64,000 bases of DNA from Octopus sinensis (GCF_006345805.1 NC_043002.1:57474001-57538000); one strand, 5' to 3'. Shown: positions 40,850 to 53,971, counted from the stretch's first letter. A program made the numbers and translations. Notes: generated by a model not told the origin, from the letters alone.

Positions 40850-41130
40850 CTATTATCTCCCCTTATTTCGCTCTCGCGTCTCATGTTTGATCTTTGACCT
40901 CTGGCCGAAATCAGATCGCCATGTTGATCGTTAGCTACTGCACGCATTTTTTTTTCTCTCCTTCTTTCGTGTGTTTTTCTCTCTCTGTGTATCTTTCTGT
41001 TGAAGAGCGTAGGCTCGAAACGTTAAAGACTTGTTTTATTTATATTTCCTGAGCGCCATACTATACAATTGTTCGTTTGTCTTCCACCTGCCTTCGTCTT
41101 TTGTTTATTTTCATAAAGCTTCCCGTTTAT
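40850..41130 (+). mobile_element. PLE pseudo-LTR ending at (TA)n
   Basis: Contains HHR and tttcctgagcgcc block shared with 41179-41410. Confidence 0.75.
40992..41029 (+). ncRNA. Minimal hammerhead motif with CUGUUGA core
   Basis: Stem I UCUUU/AAAGA, core 40997-41003 (A6 to U), stem II GAGC-GUAG-GCUC, GAAA, CG, UU. Confidence 0.65.
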
Positions 41131-41138
41131 GTATGTAT

Positions 41139-41170
<32 letters not shown>

Positions 41171-41178
41171 ATATATAT

Positions 41179-41410
41179 AATTTTAATCCAAACGGGAAAC
41201 AAAAAAACAACAACAATGGAACAATTACAGTATTATTATTAATAGGCGCTCAGGAAAAGGAAGCAGGGAGGTATGACGTTTCGAGCGGAGCTCTTCGTCG
41301 GAAACATAAAGAAGGAAGAGAGAGGAAAGAAAGATCCCAGAGCGGGCAACAGGGAAAGAGAAAAAAGACGACTGGTGTTTACGAGTTGCACATGGTGAAA
41401 GGCGGATGTT
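41179..41410 (-). mobile_element. Inverted PLE pseudo-LTR of a related family, with CCGACGA hammerhead motif (41271-41307)
   Basis: rc reads AUGUUU-CCGACGA-A-GAGC-UCC-GCUC-GAAA-CG-UC. Confidence 0.75.
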
Positions 41411-41424
41411 TAGATATATATATA

Positions 41425-42000
41425 TTTTTCTTTTATTCTTTTACTTGTTTCAGTCATTTGGCTGTTGTCATATTGGAGCGCTGCCTCTAGTCGAGCGAAT
41501 CGACCCCAGGACTTATTCTTTGTAAGCCTAGTACTTATTCTATCGGTATCTTTTGCCGAGCCGCTAAGTTGCGGGGACGTAAACACACTAGCATTGATTG
41601 TCAAACGATGTTTGGGGGACAAACACAGACGTACAAACACCACACACACACACCACACACACACACACACACACATGTATATATACATACATACGACGGG
41701 CTTCTTAACGTTAAGACTCTGGACTCTAGAATGAAGGCGGGTGAGATATGCAGGCATATACATACTCCCTTTACTCTTTACTCTTTTACTTGTTTCAGTC
41801 ATGTGGTTGTGGCCATGCTGGAGCATCGCCTTTAATCGAGCAAATCGTCCCCAAGACTTATTCTTTGTAAGCCCAGTGCTTATTCTATCGGTCTCTTTGC
41901 CGAAGCGCTAAGTTACGGGGACGTAAACACACCAGCATCGGTTGTCAAGCGTTGTTGTTGGGGGGGGGGCAAACACAGACACAGAAACATATACACGCAC

Positions 42001-42073
<73 letters not shown>

Positions 42074-42235
42074 TACGACAGGCTTCTTTCAGTTTGCATC
42101 TACCAAATCCACTTACAAGGCTTTGGTTGGCCCGAGGCTATAGTAGAAGACACTCGTCCAATGTGCCACGCAGTGGGACTGAACCCGGAACCATGTCGTT
42201 CGTAAACAAGCTACTTGCCATACAGCCACTGCTAC
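41425..42235 (-). mobile_element. Two family A SINEs (3' half, then full copy)
   Basis: Repeated gtttcagtcat..gccatgctggagc..ttattctatcggt..gcc blocks. Confidence 0.8.
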
Positions 42236-42236
42236 G

Positions 42237-42635
42237 CATAGAAAGACATATCAAACTTTGGCATTGTAAGTTACATAAACAATAGAAAAGGGTACCGTTG
42301 CATAGTGCCAAGATTCCAACATTGTCATCAGGATACAAGACCAAATACTGCAACAGTTTGGGTCTCAAGGGCCCACAGCTCTTTAATATCCTCTCAAAAA
42401 TCACGGGAGACGTGCATTGGGTGAATTGAGATGTCTTCAAAACAAAACTGGATCTTCTCTTGTGACGAGTTCCGGATGAACCTACCTCGTGGCAGGAAAC
42501 GCAGATGAGGGCAGCAATATCAAACTGCCTCATTCACCAAATACAACATATGAGAGGAGGTTTCATGTAGTGAGAGAGCCGCAAAGCTACCGGCAGCGCC
42601 CTAATAAGGCCACAGCTCTCGAACTGACACTAAAG
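42237..42635 (+). mobile_element. CR1 3' fragment (second family) whose tail matches the SINE family A tail
   Basis: KYCNSLGLKGPQLFNIL..FKTKLD..VPDEPT; tail like ggcggtgccccagcatggccacagct..gaaac. Confidence 0.7.
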
Positions 42636-42636
42636 C

Positions 42637-42677
<41 letters not shown>

Positions 42678-42678
<1 letters not shown>

Positions 42679-43075
42679 TGGTGAATTGAAGAAATGGAGC
42701 TGAACGCAGATTGAACAGAAATCGTTTTATTTCATTCTACACGTGTTTCGAAAGGCACAAATTACCAAAATCCGATTGAATAATGGGACCATATTGTGTC
42801 TTTCTCTTCAGGAAGAAAAAAGGAAATCCGTTGGAAAAACAAAAACAGAACAGAGGCGGAGCAAAAAACAAATCGAACTGTGCTCCTAAGAGCCCATGGC
42901 GAAACTGTTTATCAGTGTATGTTGAGAACCGGTGGCTGAAGAATTCAACGGGTCAGGCATCGGTCAATCATGTGGGTGAGGGTGTATAGATGTTCTTTGT
43001 GACCGAGAATAAAGTTCTGACTATTTAAAGAATATTGGATGTTTATAAGGGGCGAGAAAAAATCTACTTAGAGAC
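42678..43075 (-). mobile_element. PLE 3' end/pseudo-LTR fragment
   Basis: Carries canonical HHR; reverse frame ends ..QPPVLNIH* like PLE C-termini; abuts (TA)n. Confidence 0.5.
42730..42820 (-). ncRNA. Type I hammerhead ribozyme with fully canonical core
   Basis: CUGAAGA (42811-42805), stem II GAAAG-A-CACAA/UUGUG-C-CUUUC, GAAA (42749-42746), palindromic ACACGUGU stem III, GUA triplet (42740-42738), stem I UUC/GAA plus extension. Confidence 0.8.
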
Positions 43076-43553
43076 GTGTGTGTGTGTATACTGTTCTATA
43101 TATGTGTGTGTTGGCGTAGGGGTAGAAAACATTTTTTGTGTACGTGTGTGCGTTTGATCGTTCGGCTGTCAGTGGCTACTGCCGTGATAACCGTTGGGTG
43201 GCAGAAAGAAAAAAATAAAAAATTATATATATATATTATGTTTTATGTGTGTGTGTGTGTGTTCATCTAAGCCTGCCTTGACAAGGAAACCCCCCGCTGT
43301 GAAAAAACCAAGCCCCGTTTGTCTTACAGGAGTAATTTCCCTTGCAGTGGTTAATCGTAGATATCTTAAAGGCTATTTCAGAATTTGTTACCAAGGGCTA
43401 TGGGTGCCGGTATTATTTATAAACGCTATTTAAAGGCCAGATAAGTGTAACGCGCCAATGGGGGCATCGAAAAGCCGACTGTAAGAGCCCGTTTACCATC
43501 CGGCCTCTGGCAAACAAAAATATGGAAGAGTTCGGAGACACAAAGGTTGCACT

Positions 43554-43600
<47 letters not shown>

Positions 43601-44158
43601 CAATAATTATAACGATATAGAACATGGAGACTTGTTCATCCTCAAGATCTTTCTCTTATGTTATAATTACATACATCATATGTTAATGGCTGTTATGACC
43701 TTAGCAGCTAAGCCCGGTCTCAGCCGGTGGGTTTGGATGATGTGGCTGCAAAACCTGTAAGCATTCGACTTGTTTGGGCATGCTTATGTTAAAAAACAAT
43801 TTTAGAATAACTTTTTTCTGTCAAAACACTAAAAATAATTGACCAAAAAAAAAAAAAAAAAAAAAACAAACAAGCAAGATTCTACTAAATCAAAAAATAA
43901 ACCCAAATACCAAGCGAACATAGATAAACCATCCCGCTTCAATTGCACGCGCACACGCACACACACAAACGTAAACACACACGCGCACACGAACACACAT
44001 TTACATACACATTTATATATTCACACAGAGTTGAAACGCTGTTTGATTTATTTTTTGAGCGTTTAATTTTCATCATCCCACTACCAAGTATGACATCACC
44101 CCTTACTTTCTTATTCATAAACATAAGAGTATTATTATAGTAGTTTATCTCGGTAACC

Positions 44159-44295
44159 ATGGGAGCTATGAAAAAAGTACAAAGCACAGCATCACCACCG
44201 GACCATTCTACACATCTGTGTAATTTTTCGCGCAATTCCACCCAGCCGTTTGACCATGAATCCCAAGACAAGAAAGAATCGCCCATGTCAAATTT
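44159..44295 (+). CDS. Exon 1 of predicted 190-aa uncharacterised protein (phase 2 end)
   Basis: accATGG context after in-frame TAG TAG; MGAMKKVQ..SPMSN; gtatgt donor. Confidence 0.55.
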
Positions 44296-45968
44296 GTATG
44301 TGGAGATTATACATGTTAGCATTTAGCAAAACTTCTGTGCGTATACTTTTTACACAGACTGATTCGTATACATACCCACTTTCTGGATTTTGTGCTTACT
44401 AAACCCATACAATTATCTTCCTTCGTTTCCTGGATTTTTACATAAAGAAAAATACATTTTGACAAATATTTCGTTGGAAATTTAAACGTAGAATTAGTTC
44501 TTCATCTAAGTCTTTAATTTTTCTTTTGTTTTATTTTCCTCGCTTACATTTATTCAATTATATATTATTTTCATTTAAAAACTCAATACTCGTATGAATT
44601 TTGCATTATCGGATATCTTGGATTTTACTGGTTAAAAACAGAAATTTGTAGAAATGAAAAATAAATTGATGAAGAGATTTCGGAGATTTCTTTTGCAATT
44701 TTTGAAAAACTTTCTCTATTGCAGAATCGTAATCTCACCAATTTTAAACATACAATAATAAAAAATAAAAATAAATGAAAATTAAAAAAAAAAGAAAAAT
44801 TTAAGGATGACAGGTAAAAAGAAAGTAAAGAAATTATTTTTCCTTGAATCTTCTTGTATTTTTAAATCCTAGAATTTCGAAGAAATTGTTAAAAAAAGAA
44901 TATAAATGAGATGGGTTTTAGAGAGTTTGTCGGAAGTTCATTAGATGTTGAGGAGCATGGACAACAGCTGCGAAAAGAGAGAAAAAACGCTACCAGAAGC
45001 CGTTAACAAAGCAAGTCATTATATCTGGCTCAAAAGAAAGAACAACTGGTGGGGCAAGACTGAGCATTGAGCGTGATAAAAGCGTCCGGTCTAGAGTAGC
45101 AACATCTGACTCAACAAAACTCGTGTTTATGTGTATGAGTTTTGTTTCCCCATCGGTTGGTAGCTCCAAGCAGCTCTGCTGTCGTAGAAGAAGTGGCCGA
45201 AACGCCTACAGTCGTGCATCCACCGCCTGATAAGGCATTGGGTTCTATATTCGGAAACGGAGTGCAACAGGATTCTCAGCACACAAGTACTTAATAATAA
45301 ATGATCAGCTAAGTGGTGTGCTTATTCTAAAATTGCGCCGCAAAAATAAACGGCCATGTTCACTATTGCTGGCCTATGCAGGACATATGATGACTGCAAT
45401 TTAGATTATTCCACACAGACCCTGATATATCTATTTCAATGTTTGAATTTTTGGGCGGGTAATGCAGCGGATGCATACGTAATACATCCAACAATCATTG
45501 CGGCACTCTAGAGTCGGCCCGATGCTACAATAAAAGATACTTGTCTGTGCAGCGGAAATGAACAGGAAACCAAACGTTTACAAGGCAAGTTTCTTAAACA
45601 CACGCCTACATCTCAGCCTTTCACTTCTTAGAAGACAGATTCGATAAAAATGCTCAGAACGGTATGGGATTGCATCATAAAGTTAGTCCGCTAACATTCA
45701 TAACTCCAGCACACTCTGTATTGTATGGTGGCCCAACCGTTCGCTATATATTCGAGTCAACAATTATTACTGTCAGGGTATCCCATAGAGTCTTCCATCA
45801 AATCGTTAAAGGCAGCATTAATACCGATGCAGTTGAAGTTAATACCATTTTATATTTTACTGTTACACTATCAAAAAGAACTCAATCGTGTCTATTAAAA
45901 TCTGAAGCGAAATTGAGTTACGTCAGCCGATTCTAGTTTTATTTTTCGTAACACTATATATATGTGCA

Positions 45969-46737
45969 TATATACTTTCGGTGCAAATGGTGTTTTTTCT
46001 TTTCATACGGCGCCGAGTTTACAATCCTGTAAATAATAATAATGGTATTTTTATATAAGCATAAAGCTTATGGCGATCACCGTGCAATGACTAAGGAAAA
46101 TAGTCTAATAGAGGGGCATATACGCCCTCGACAGAAAAAAAAGAAAGATTTCCTATCCGCGTGGGAGTAGAACCTAGATCCCTTTATTAACGTGACTGTG
46201 TTACCTTTACACCAGCAAATCAGCCTTCACCTTCTCGTCAAATTTAAGAACTATAATAGTTCGTGTTTGTTTATGTAAAACAAACTTTCTATATGCTTTC
46301 GGTGCGAATGTTTTTTTTATACGGCGCCGAGTTTACAATCCTGTCGAGGGCTTATATGCCCTTTTATTAGACTATTTTCCTTGGTCACTGCACGGTGATC
46401 GCCATAAGCTTTAAGCTTATATAAAAATACCATTAGTATTATTTACAGGATTGTAAACTCGGCGCCGTATAAAAAACCATTCGCATCGAAAGCATATAGA
46501 GTTTGTTTACATAAAAATGAACACGAATTATTATAATGCCGATTCGCTGGTGTAAAGATAACGCACTTAGCCCCTTTAACAAGGGGATGTAGGTTCAACT
46601 CTCATGCGGGCAGGAAAGCCTTCTTATTTTTCTGTCGAGGGCTTATATGCGCTTCTATTAGACTATTTTCCATAGTCGTTGCACAGTGATCGCCATAAGC
46701 TTTAAGCTTATATAAAAATACATTATTATCATTTAGA

Positions 46738-46741
<4 letters not shown>
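45969..46741. repeat. Inverted array of ~290-320-bp tandem units containing a tRNA-like segment
   Basis: Forward unit period 321 (45975/46296), reverse unit period 291 (46341/46632), orientation switch at ctgt 46341-46344; (TA)-rich flanks. Confidence 0.85.
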
Positions 46742-46779
<38 letters not shown>

Positions 46780-47013
46780 TTTATTTATTATTTTGTACAT
46801 CATTATTGGTAAATGTTTTACCGTATATTTAATTTTTTGTATATGGTATAATTTAATTATATCATTGTTATTTCATTGTTGAATTGCTACATGGTGGTTC
46901 TTCTCTAATTTATACACATATATATATATACATATATAACGGCGGTGCATCAGCATGGCCGCAGCTCTGAGCTGAAACAAAAAAATATATATGTATATAT
47001 ATATATATATATA

Positions 47014-47209
47014 CCGGAGTAAACACATAAATGTGAAACAAGGTAGAAAAAAGAGTACTCAAATAACAGAGTAATATGCTTTATTTAAAGCAGCAGAAAA
47101 TTCAACAAAACCTGTACTCTGAGTTTTGCTAGCAAAAACTGTTCGATGAACGGCAACGGGGAAACTCAGAGTAACAGGTTTTGTTGAATTTTCTGCTGCT
47201 TTAAATAAA

Positions 47210-47212
<3 letters not shown>
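47014..47212. mobile_element. Palindromic HHR element (family P2), left core deleted
   Basis: 47077-47126 pairs with 47162-47212; centre ttttgctagcaaaa; HHR 47138-47178 ACUGU-UCGAUGA-A-CG(GCAA)CG-GG-GAAA-CUC(A)GAG-UA-ACAG; in (TA)n. Confidence 0.8.
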
Positions 47213-47268
<56 letters not shown>

Positions 47269-47272
<4 letters not shown>

Positions 47273-48545
47273 TAATCCAAACGGAAAAACAGAAAAAACA
47301 ACACGTGGAACAATTACAGTATTATTATTATTAGGCGCTCAGGAAAATGGAAGAAGGAGGGTATGACGTTTCGAGCGGAGCTCTTCGTCGGAAACATAGG
47401 AGAAAGAAAGATCCCGAGACGGGAGGACAGACGAAAAAAAATTGCAGGTAGTCTTCACGAGGTCACATACTAAAAAGACGGAAGTGGTAAAAAAGGAGGA
47501 AAATGTTTTTTAAAAACAGGAGAGCTGAATCAAAGAGGGAATGGTAAAAAAGGTGTGCGAGATGACAAGGGTGTGTGTGTGAGTGTGTGCGTGTGTGTGT
47601 ATGTGTGTGTATGGTGGACAATGGCTAGTAGCAGGCAGTAGTAGAATTAAAGGAGTGGTGTGGGGGTACCCTAGCAAGTCAGAAAGGCAGATCAGAAACA
47701 GGGAGGTATGTGTGTGTGCGTGTGCATGCATGTGTGAGTGTGTGCGTGTGCGTGTGTGTATGTGTGTGTGAGGCGAGATAAAAAAACAAAAAAATATGTA
47801 TATGTTAGTGCGTGCAGGGCGAACAGATGACATAGCAAGTCTCAAGTGAGTGGTCAGTGGTAAAAAAAGGAGGAAGGAGGGAAGAAGGGAAGGAGGGAAA
47901 GGGTGGGGGCGTATGTAACGTGCCAGTGTGTGTGTTGAGTGGTAGTGTGTGTGTGTCCAGTGTGCGTAGTTGTGTGTATGGCAAGTAAATTTGAAGTGTG
48001 TGTAAGTGTAATGTATATATATATGCAAATGTGTGTGTGTGCGTGGGTGTGTGTATGTGTGTGCGTGTGTGTACAAAAAGGGGGGGGTTTAAGGAAAAAA
48101 CTGCAGTGGAGGGGGGGAGATGGAAGAGTGGTCCCGCGGCGACAGGCGTGGGAGAACCCAAAGACACGCGCCGGCCCCAGATACGAACAGGAGATCTAGT
48201 CGGTACCCACGAGCGTGGTGCATGCATGCGTGTATGCGTGCGCGAACGTGCACAAGCGTGTATGTGCGCGCGTCTGCGAGCGTGTGTGTAAGTATGTATG
48301 TGTGTGGATGTGTGAGTGTGTCTGTGTGTAAGTCTGGGTGTCAGTGTGTCCGATGAATGTATGTAAGTATGTGTGTGTATATGTGTGTGTAAAGATGTAT
48401 GTCCGTGTGTGTATGTGTATGAGTGTGTATGTATGTACGTGTGTGTGTGTGGAAGTGTGTGTATGTGCATGTGTGTGCGCGTACATGCAGGTGTGTGAGT
48501 GAGTGTGTGTGTGTGTATGTATGTGTGAGTGTGTATGTCTGTGTG
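47269..48545 (-). mobile_element. PLE pseudo-LTR (HHR at 47361-47397) plus microsatellite-like internal region
   Basis: Same pLTR family as 41179-41410; GT/purine-rich body with GC-rich island 48110-48270; (TA)n at both ends. Confidence 0.7.
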
Positions 48546-48579
<34 letters not shown>

Positions 48580-48581
48580 AT

Positions 48582-49777
48582 TCATAACTCCAGCCCTTTG
48601 GTTTTGATAATTTGTTGTTTTTCAAAAATTGTTTTCATTTTTCATTTGCAAATCAGATGGGGAAATTTTTTGTGGATGTGATCAAATATTTCGGTGTTTC
48701 TAGGATTGAAGGTTGTCACGAATGGTAAGACATTTCCCTTCTTTTGTTTTTTTGTTTTCCTAATTTCATTGATATCCATTTGTTTCACCTTGCTTATGCC
48801 GTTGGTGATTATGCCAGGAGAGAAGGCTCTTTGGTTAAGTGTGTCTTTTAGTTCCTCTAGTTTTTGTTCACATTTGGATGGTTCTGATACTATGGTACAA
48901 ATTCGTGTTGCCATGTTGATGGAGATGTTGTGTTTGGTGTGTTTCGGGTGAAATGATGTGAAAAGAGAGTACTTTCGTTTGATGTCAGCGGGTTTGTAGA
49001 ATATGTCCGTTTCTGCTTTCCCATCTTGGCTTTTGATTAGGATATCCAGAAAGGCGAGTTCTTTAAATTAAACTCCCTTGTGAATTGGATATTGTTGCTG
49101 AGGTTGTTTAACATGTTTTAAAATTCAGTTAGCTTCTTAATATATTCCTGCTATAAGATAAAGCAATCACCCAGGTATCTTTTCCAATTGTTGTGTATGG
49201 AACGTGTCACCGAATATTAGAAGAGATTGGTTGTAGAATTTTTGTTCGTGGAATTCCATGACTAAGTTGGCGTATGTGGAGGCTACTTTCGTACCCATCG
49301 CAGTTCCCAATGTTTGGCAGTAATCCGAAACGTTGAAGGTAAAAAAGTTGTTTACAAGTCTGAGCCCATCAAATCTGAGACCATCGATGATGAATTATTT
49401 TTCTATGCGTGTTGGAAGTTCAGATTGCTGAGTATCTAACCAGTATTGGATTGCAGTTATTCCATAATCATGGGGAATGTTGGTGTAAGGATTGACAATA
49501 TCAAATGAAGTAAAAATTGTATGTCTGTTTACCGTTTTTGGCAAATGATTTAGCATGTCTTGGTCATTTCGTATGTAGCACTGTATATGTAGCACTGTGT
49601 ATGTTTTAGGAAGGGTTTTAGCAGCATGTTCAAGAAGTTGCTGAGTCTGTGTTTCATATGCCGGGACTGCAATGATTGGTTTCAATTTTAGATCATTTGG
49701 AGGTGAACATTTACAGGCATCATTTATCCTTTTTCATTTATGAATTTTTGGTAAACCATAAAAGTTACTCTCCACTT

Positions 49778-49780
<3 letters not shown>
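48582..49780 (-). mobile_element. Decayed PLE reverse transcriptase (AT-rich family)
   Basis: [42 protein letters not shown] (from YxDD), FLDILI, LPFVTTFNP. Confidence 0.88.
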
Positions 49781-49835
<55 letters not shown>

Positions 49836-49909
49836 CATATGTATGTATTTATATATAAGTATATATATGTATATATATATATGTATATATGTGCATATAT
49901 ATATATATT

Positions 49910-49944
<35 letters not shown>

Positions 49945-50257
49945 GCATGCTCACATACACACACATATATATTCAAAGATATAAGCGGGTATATATATTT
50001 TCATGTATATGCGTATACTTATATATATTCATACTTTCAAGCACACATATACACACGCGCGAGCGCGCACGCGCACACATTTCTATATATGTATATAAAT
50101 ATACATACATATATTCATATGCATATATGATGCGTATCTTACACTCGCACTTTATTAAGTTGGTCTCCAACTTATATTCTTTCACAGTTTCATTTCAAGC
50201 CCGATTAATCAAATTTTGATATCCATTGTTAATAGATGCTTATTCTATTATGACCAG

Positions 50258-50347
50258 GTTCAAAACTCCAGTATTTCAGCGACAGGAACGAAAACGAGAA
50301 TTGAGAATTTTTCCTGTTCATAGCTTTTCCAAAGATTATTTTGCAAC
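50258..50347 (+). CDS. Exon 2 (90 nt, phase 2-2) FKTPVFQRQERKRELRIFPVHSFSKDYFAT
   Basis: gaccag acceptor, gtaggt donor, only phase 2 open. Confidence 0.6.
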
Positions 50348-50541
50348 GTAGGTTATGTGATGTGAAATATTTAGAAAGCTTCCTTTATTCTATGTCCATC
50401 AGTTACTTCCCTTGGCGTCTTTTATTGCCGATCATTGTAATACGCTGTAGAGTTTTGCAACATACATTAAAGAACTCATAAAACCATGGAAATGAACATA
50501 AGCATCTGTACATATACGTATGAATGTCTGTCTGAATGTAG

Positions 50542-50574
<33 letters not shown>

Positions 50575-50667
50575 TGTATACAGACATTTATATATGCATA
50601 TGTTTACACGTATTTATGTACATATATATGCCTACATGTATAGAGTTTATGCATATTATTACACACA

Positions 50668-50738
<71 letters not shown>

Positions 50739-51497
50739 TTGTAAGCGTATTTGTAAATTTATTTTAATACATATATACATATATATATATGTATGTGCAT
50801 ATTTATGCATATGTATACATATATATGCATATATACACGGATATGTGTATGTGAGTGTACATATGTAAGAGTGTATATATATATATATCAGTGCATATAT
50901 ACGAGTGTTGATTGTTCCATCAGTAAGCTCACATATGCTCACGTACGTATGTATGTGTATTTCGATCTACCTGCAGATACATATACATTGGAGACATCAT
51001 ATATTGATAAGAAATAATTTTACGGATGCCTCAACAAAAAAAAAAAACAACAAACAAAAAAACAGAAAAAGCACACACATACACACCCAAGAAAACGAAA
51101 GTACGAACATGAATAATTACTTTTAATCAGCAAAGAAATCTCTAGACAAAATCTGCCATGTTTTATTAGCCATTAAACAGATTACATGTAAAGTGATGCA
51201 GATGAAAAAATAGGTAGACGATAAAAACAACTTTAATAAAAAAAAAAAGTAACAAAATGCTGCAAACCAACAAAACGAACACATATAAACTCAATGGTTA
51301 ATGTTAGTAACGTTTTAATGGGACAATAAAATGGATGCGGTCGTTAGATTTCGAATAGTTATGAATTATTTGCAACACATCGAAGTTAGTAGGAAGACAT
51401 TTTGAGAATATGTTATCTTAATAATATACTTTAGCAAGACAACTTACAACACTTGATTTTTGATTACTCTTCAGTTCTGAAGATCTAAAAGTGTCCA

Positions 51498-51531
<34 letters not shown>

Positions 51532-52068
51532 AATATACATATATTTAGATGTGTGTATGTACGTATGTAGGTGCGTATATACTTATATATGTATGCATGT
51601 ATGTATGTATGTATGTATGTATGTATGTATGTATGTATGTATGTATGTATGTATGTATGCATGTAAGTACGTATGTATGTATATATTTTTTACCTCTTCA
51701 CTGTCATATCTTTAATGTTTAAACCATGATTACGATCTTGCATTTACATATGTTAAGAAAATTTATACATCTGAAATATTGAGATGCTTTCGAGAAATTA
51801 AACGTACACAGCATGATCGATATCATTATGCGTGTATGTATGTATGTATGTATGTATGTATGTATGTATGTATGTATGTATGTATGTATGTATGTATGTA
51901 TGTATGTATGTATGCATGCATGCATTCATGTATGTATGTATGTATGTATGTATGTATGTATGTATGTATGTATGTATGTATGTATGTGTGTGTCTCTATC
52001 TGTTTATGTATTTCTCTATTTCTCAGTCTTTCTCTCTCTTCTTATTTGTCTGTCTGTCTGTCTCTCTG

Positions 52069-52106
<38 letters not shown>

Positions 52107-52519
52107 GAAGGACAAGAGAATGCGAAATGTCATAAACTTGGCTTACAGGTGTTTCTGATGTAAGATGCAATTCACTCATTGTTGAGCGCTTGTGTATTAG
52201 TCTTTAGCATCACCAGAGTTTCAAAGATGTGTGTGTGTGGGGGGGGGGGTGTAAAGCTAAGATCCAAACATCAAGGTCTAGGAAGTTAGTAAGCTTCAAG
52301 CAGTCCGTAGAAGATATAAAAATTAACTTTTAGGAACAATAATGGTATTGCCGTAGAAGGTTGGGAATTTCTCCCGTATCGGTTTTCGATAAGCTGGAAA
52401 AAAAAAAAAGAAAACGTTATTCTATAGTTGACGGTTAGCAGCTGGGGTTGCTGTATATGCGAATAAACATCTAAAGTTAAGGAATGGAGAAGAGAAAATC
52501 CAAGCTACATATGTTTCAT

Positions 52520-53570
52520 AGCAAAAAGCTGTGACCATGCTTGATCACCACCAGTCATTTTTCAATGGCATTTCTTATGTGATTGACTTTTGGTGAAGGT
52601 GACAGTTCCATTTTGCTGTCGTCCTTTGAGAATCTGGGATCTTGCACAGAAGGAGGTAAAGTTGTTTCTTGAAAACATTTAGCTCTAATCCATGAAGATT
52701 CCTCAGATATTTTGCAGCCATGGCCCTCACTCTAGACGGGATAGCTGTGACCTTTGGAAAAGTGCAGTGATGTCTAGCTCGGGGGTCTGGTGTATCTCTT
52801 GATGCCAAAGTATGGTGCTAACGCCTCCAGGATCTTCTCTACGTGTATCACTGCATATCTCTCCCTTCTTCGCTCGAGGGTGTAGAGACGTAGCTCTTTC
52901 AGTCTCTTCCAGTAGCTCGCTGTTCCATTGACACAAACTTCTTAGTGTAGTACAGCTGAATAGTTTCAAGTTCTGCTCAAGTGTCCTCCATAGAATCAGC
53001 ACAGATTCCCGGTCCCTTGTTCTGAAAGTTTTTAGAATCCATCCTGCCATTACTAACATCTTGGTGATATGTATGGGAAACGAGGCATTGCTGCTCATCT
53101 CAATCCCAAGATCACGCACTGTACTTGACTCTGGGATTGTCGGTCCATTTGATCCAAAGCATTGTTCATACGGCATATTAACAATAGCTAACTGGTAGCA
53201 GAAGGTTTGGAATTTACCAGCATCAAATTGTATGTTGTTTTCATTCCTGTTCTCTCGTTCTGAAATCTCGAAAGATCCGTCCTGCTAGCCATCTGCATTT
53301 TATTGCCAAATTAATATTATGCACCTGGAGAGATGCATCAAAACTCATTTCGATGCCCAGGTCGTGCACTGATTTTGATTCGCGGATTGAAATCCATCCT
53401 GGGCTAGTGGAACCGGTCTACTTTTCATTGAGATTCTCGTATTGGTAGCACAGGGATTAGAATTTTCCAGCATTAAACTACATGTTATTTTCCTCAGCCA
53501 ACCTGTATATTACATTCAACCCACGTTACAGGTGTGCAACGTTTCCAGGAATCTTTATCCTCTGAGAGAC
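52520..53570 (-). mobile_element. Decayed CR1 3' fragment (same type as 42237-42635)
   Basis: VRDLGIEMSSNASF, AGWILKTFRTRDRE, NVFKKQL; the NNMxFNAGKF block occurs twice (about 53190-53235 and 53445-53500). Confidence 0.8.
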
Positions 53571-53806
53571 TTAATGAAGAAAAATAACCTCTATTAAGCA
53601 ATTCAATAGTGAAAGACATTATCTATATTATATAGAAAAAAATTAAATATACTATAAAAAATATTATTAAAAAAAATCAATTAAATAAATAAACATTAAA
53701 TTGACTACGCGTGTTTCGCGACTATATCATTAAATCGATAATAATAAAATCGATACTATTAAAATAAATTCTATTTAAAATTAATTCTATTCAAGAATAT
53801 AGTCAC

Positions 53807-53860
53807 GGTATTCGAGTACTATTTTTATAACTTTGCTTCGAATTTTTGTGCTTACTCTGG
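53807..53860. mobile_element. Terminal fragment of family P2
   Basis: ggtattcgagtactattt..tgtgcttactctgg matches 54764-54817. Confidence 0.65.
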
Positions 53861-53863
53861 TAT

Positions 53864-53940
<77 letters not shown>

Positions 53941-53971
53941 GGAGAGGGAGAGATAGATAGAGAATTATATA

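Noticed and set aside
43939-44322. 127-aa minus-strand ORF
   Set aside because: Antisense shadow of the plus-strand exon 44159-44295, which has the better start and splice signals
45664-45936. 90-aa ORF
   Set aside because: No recognisable motif, no convincing splice pair, phase not linked to neighbouring exons
46341-46370. Hammerhead from CUGUCGA-GGGC..GCCC
   Set aside because: No GAAA or cleavage triplet follows stem II in any unit
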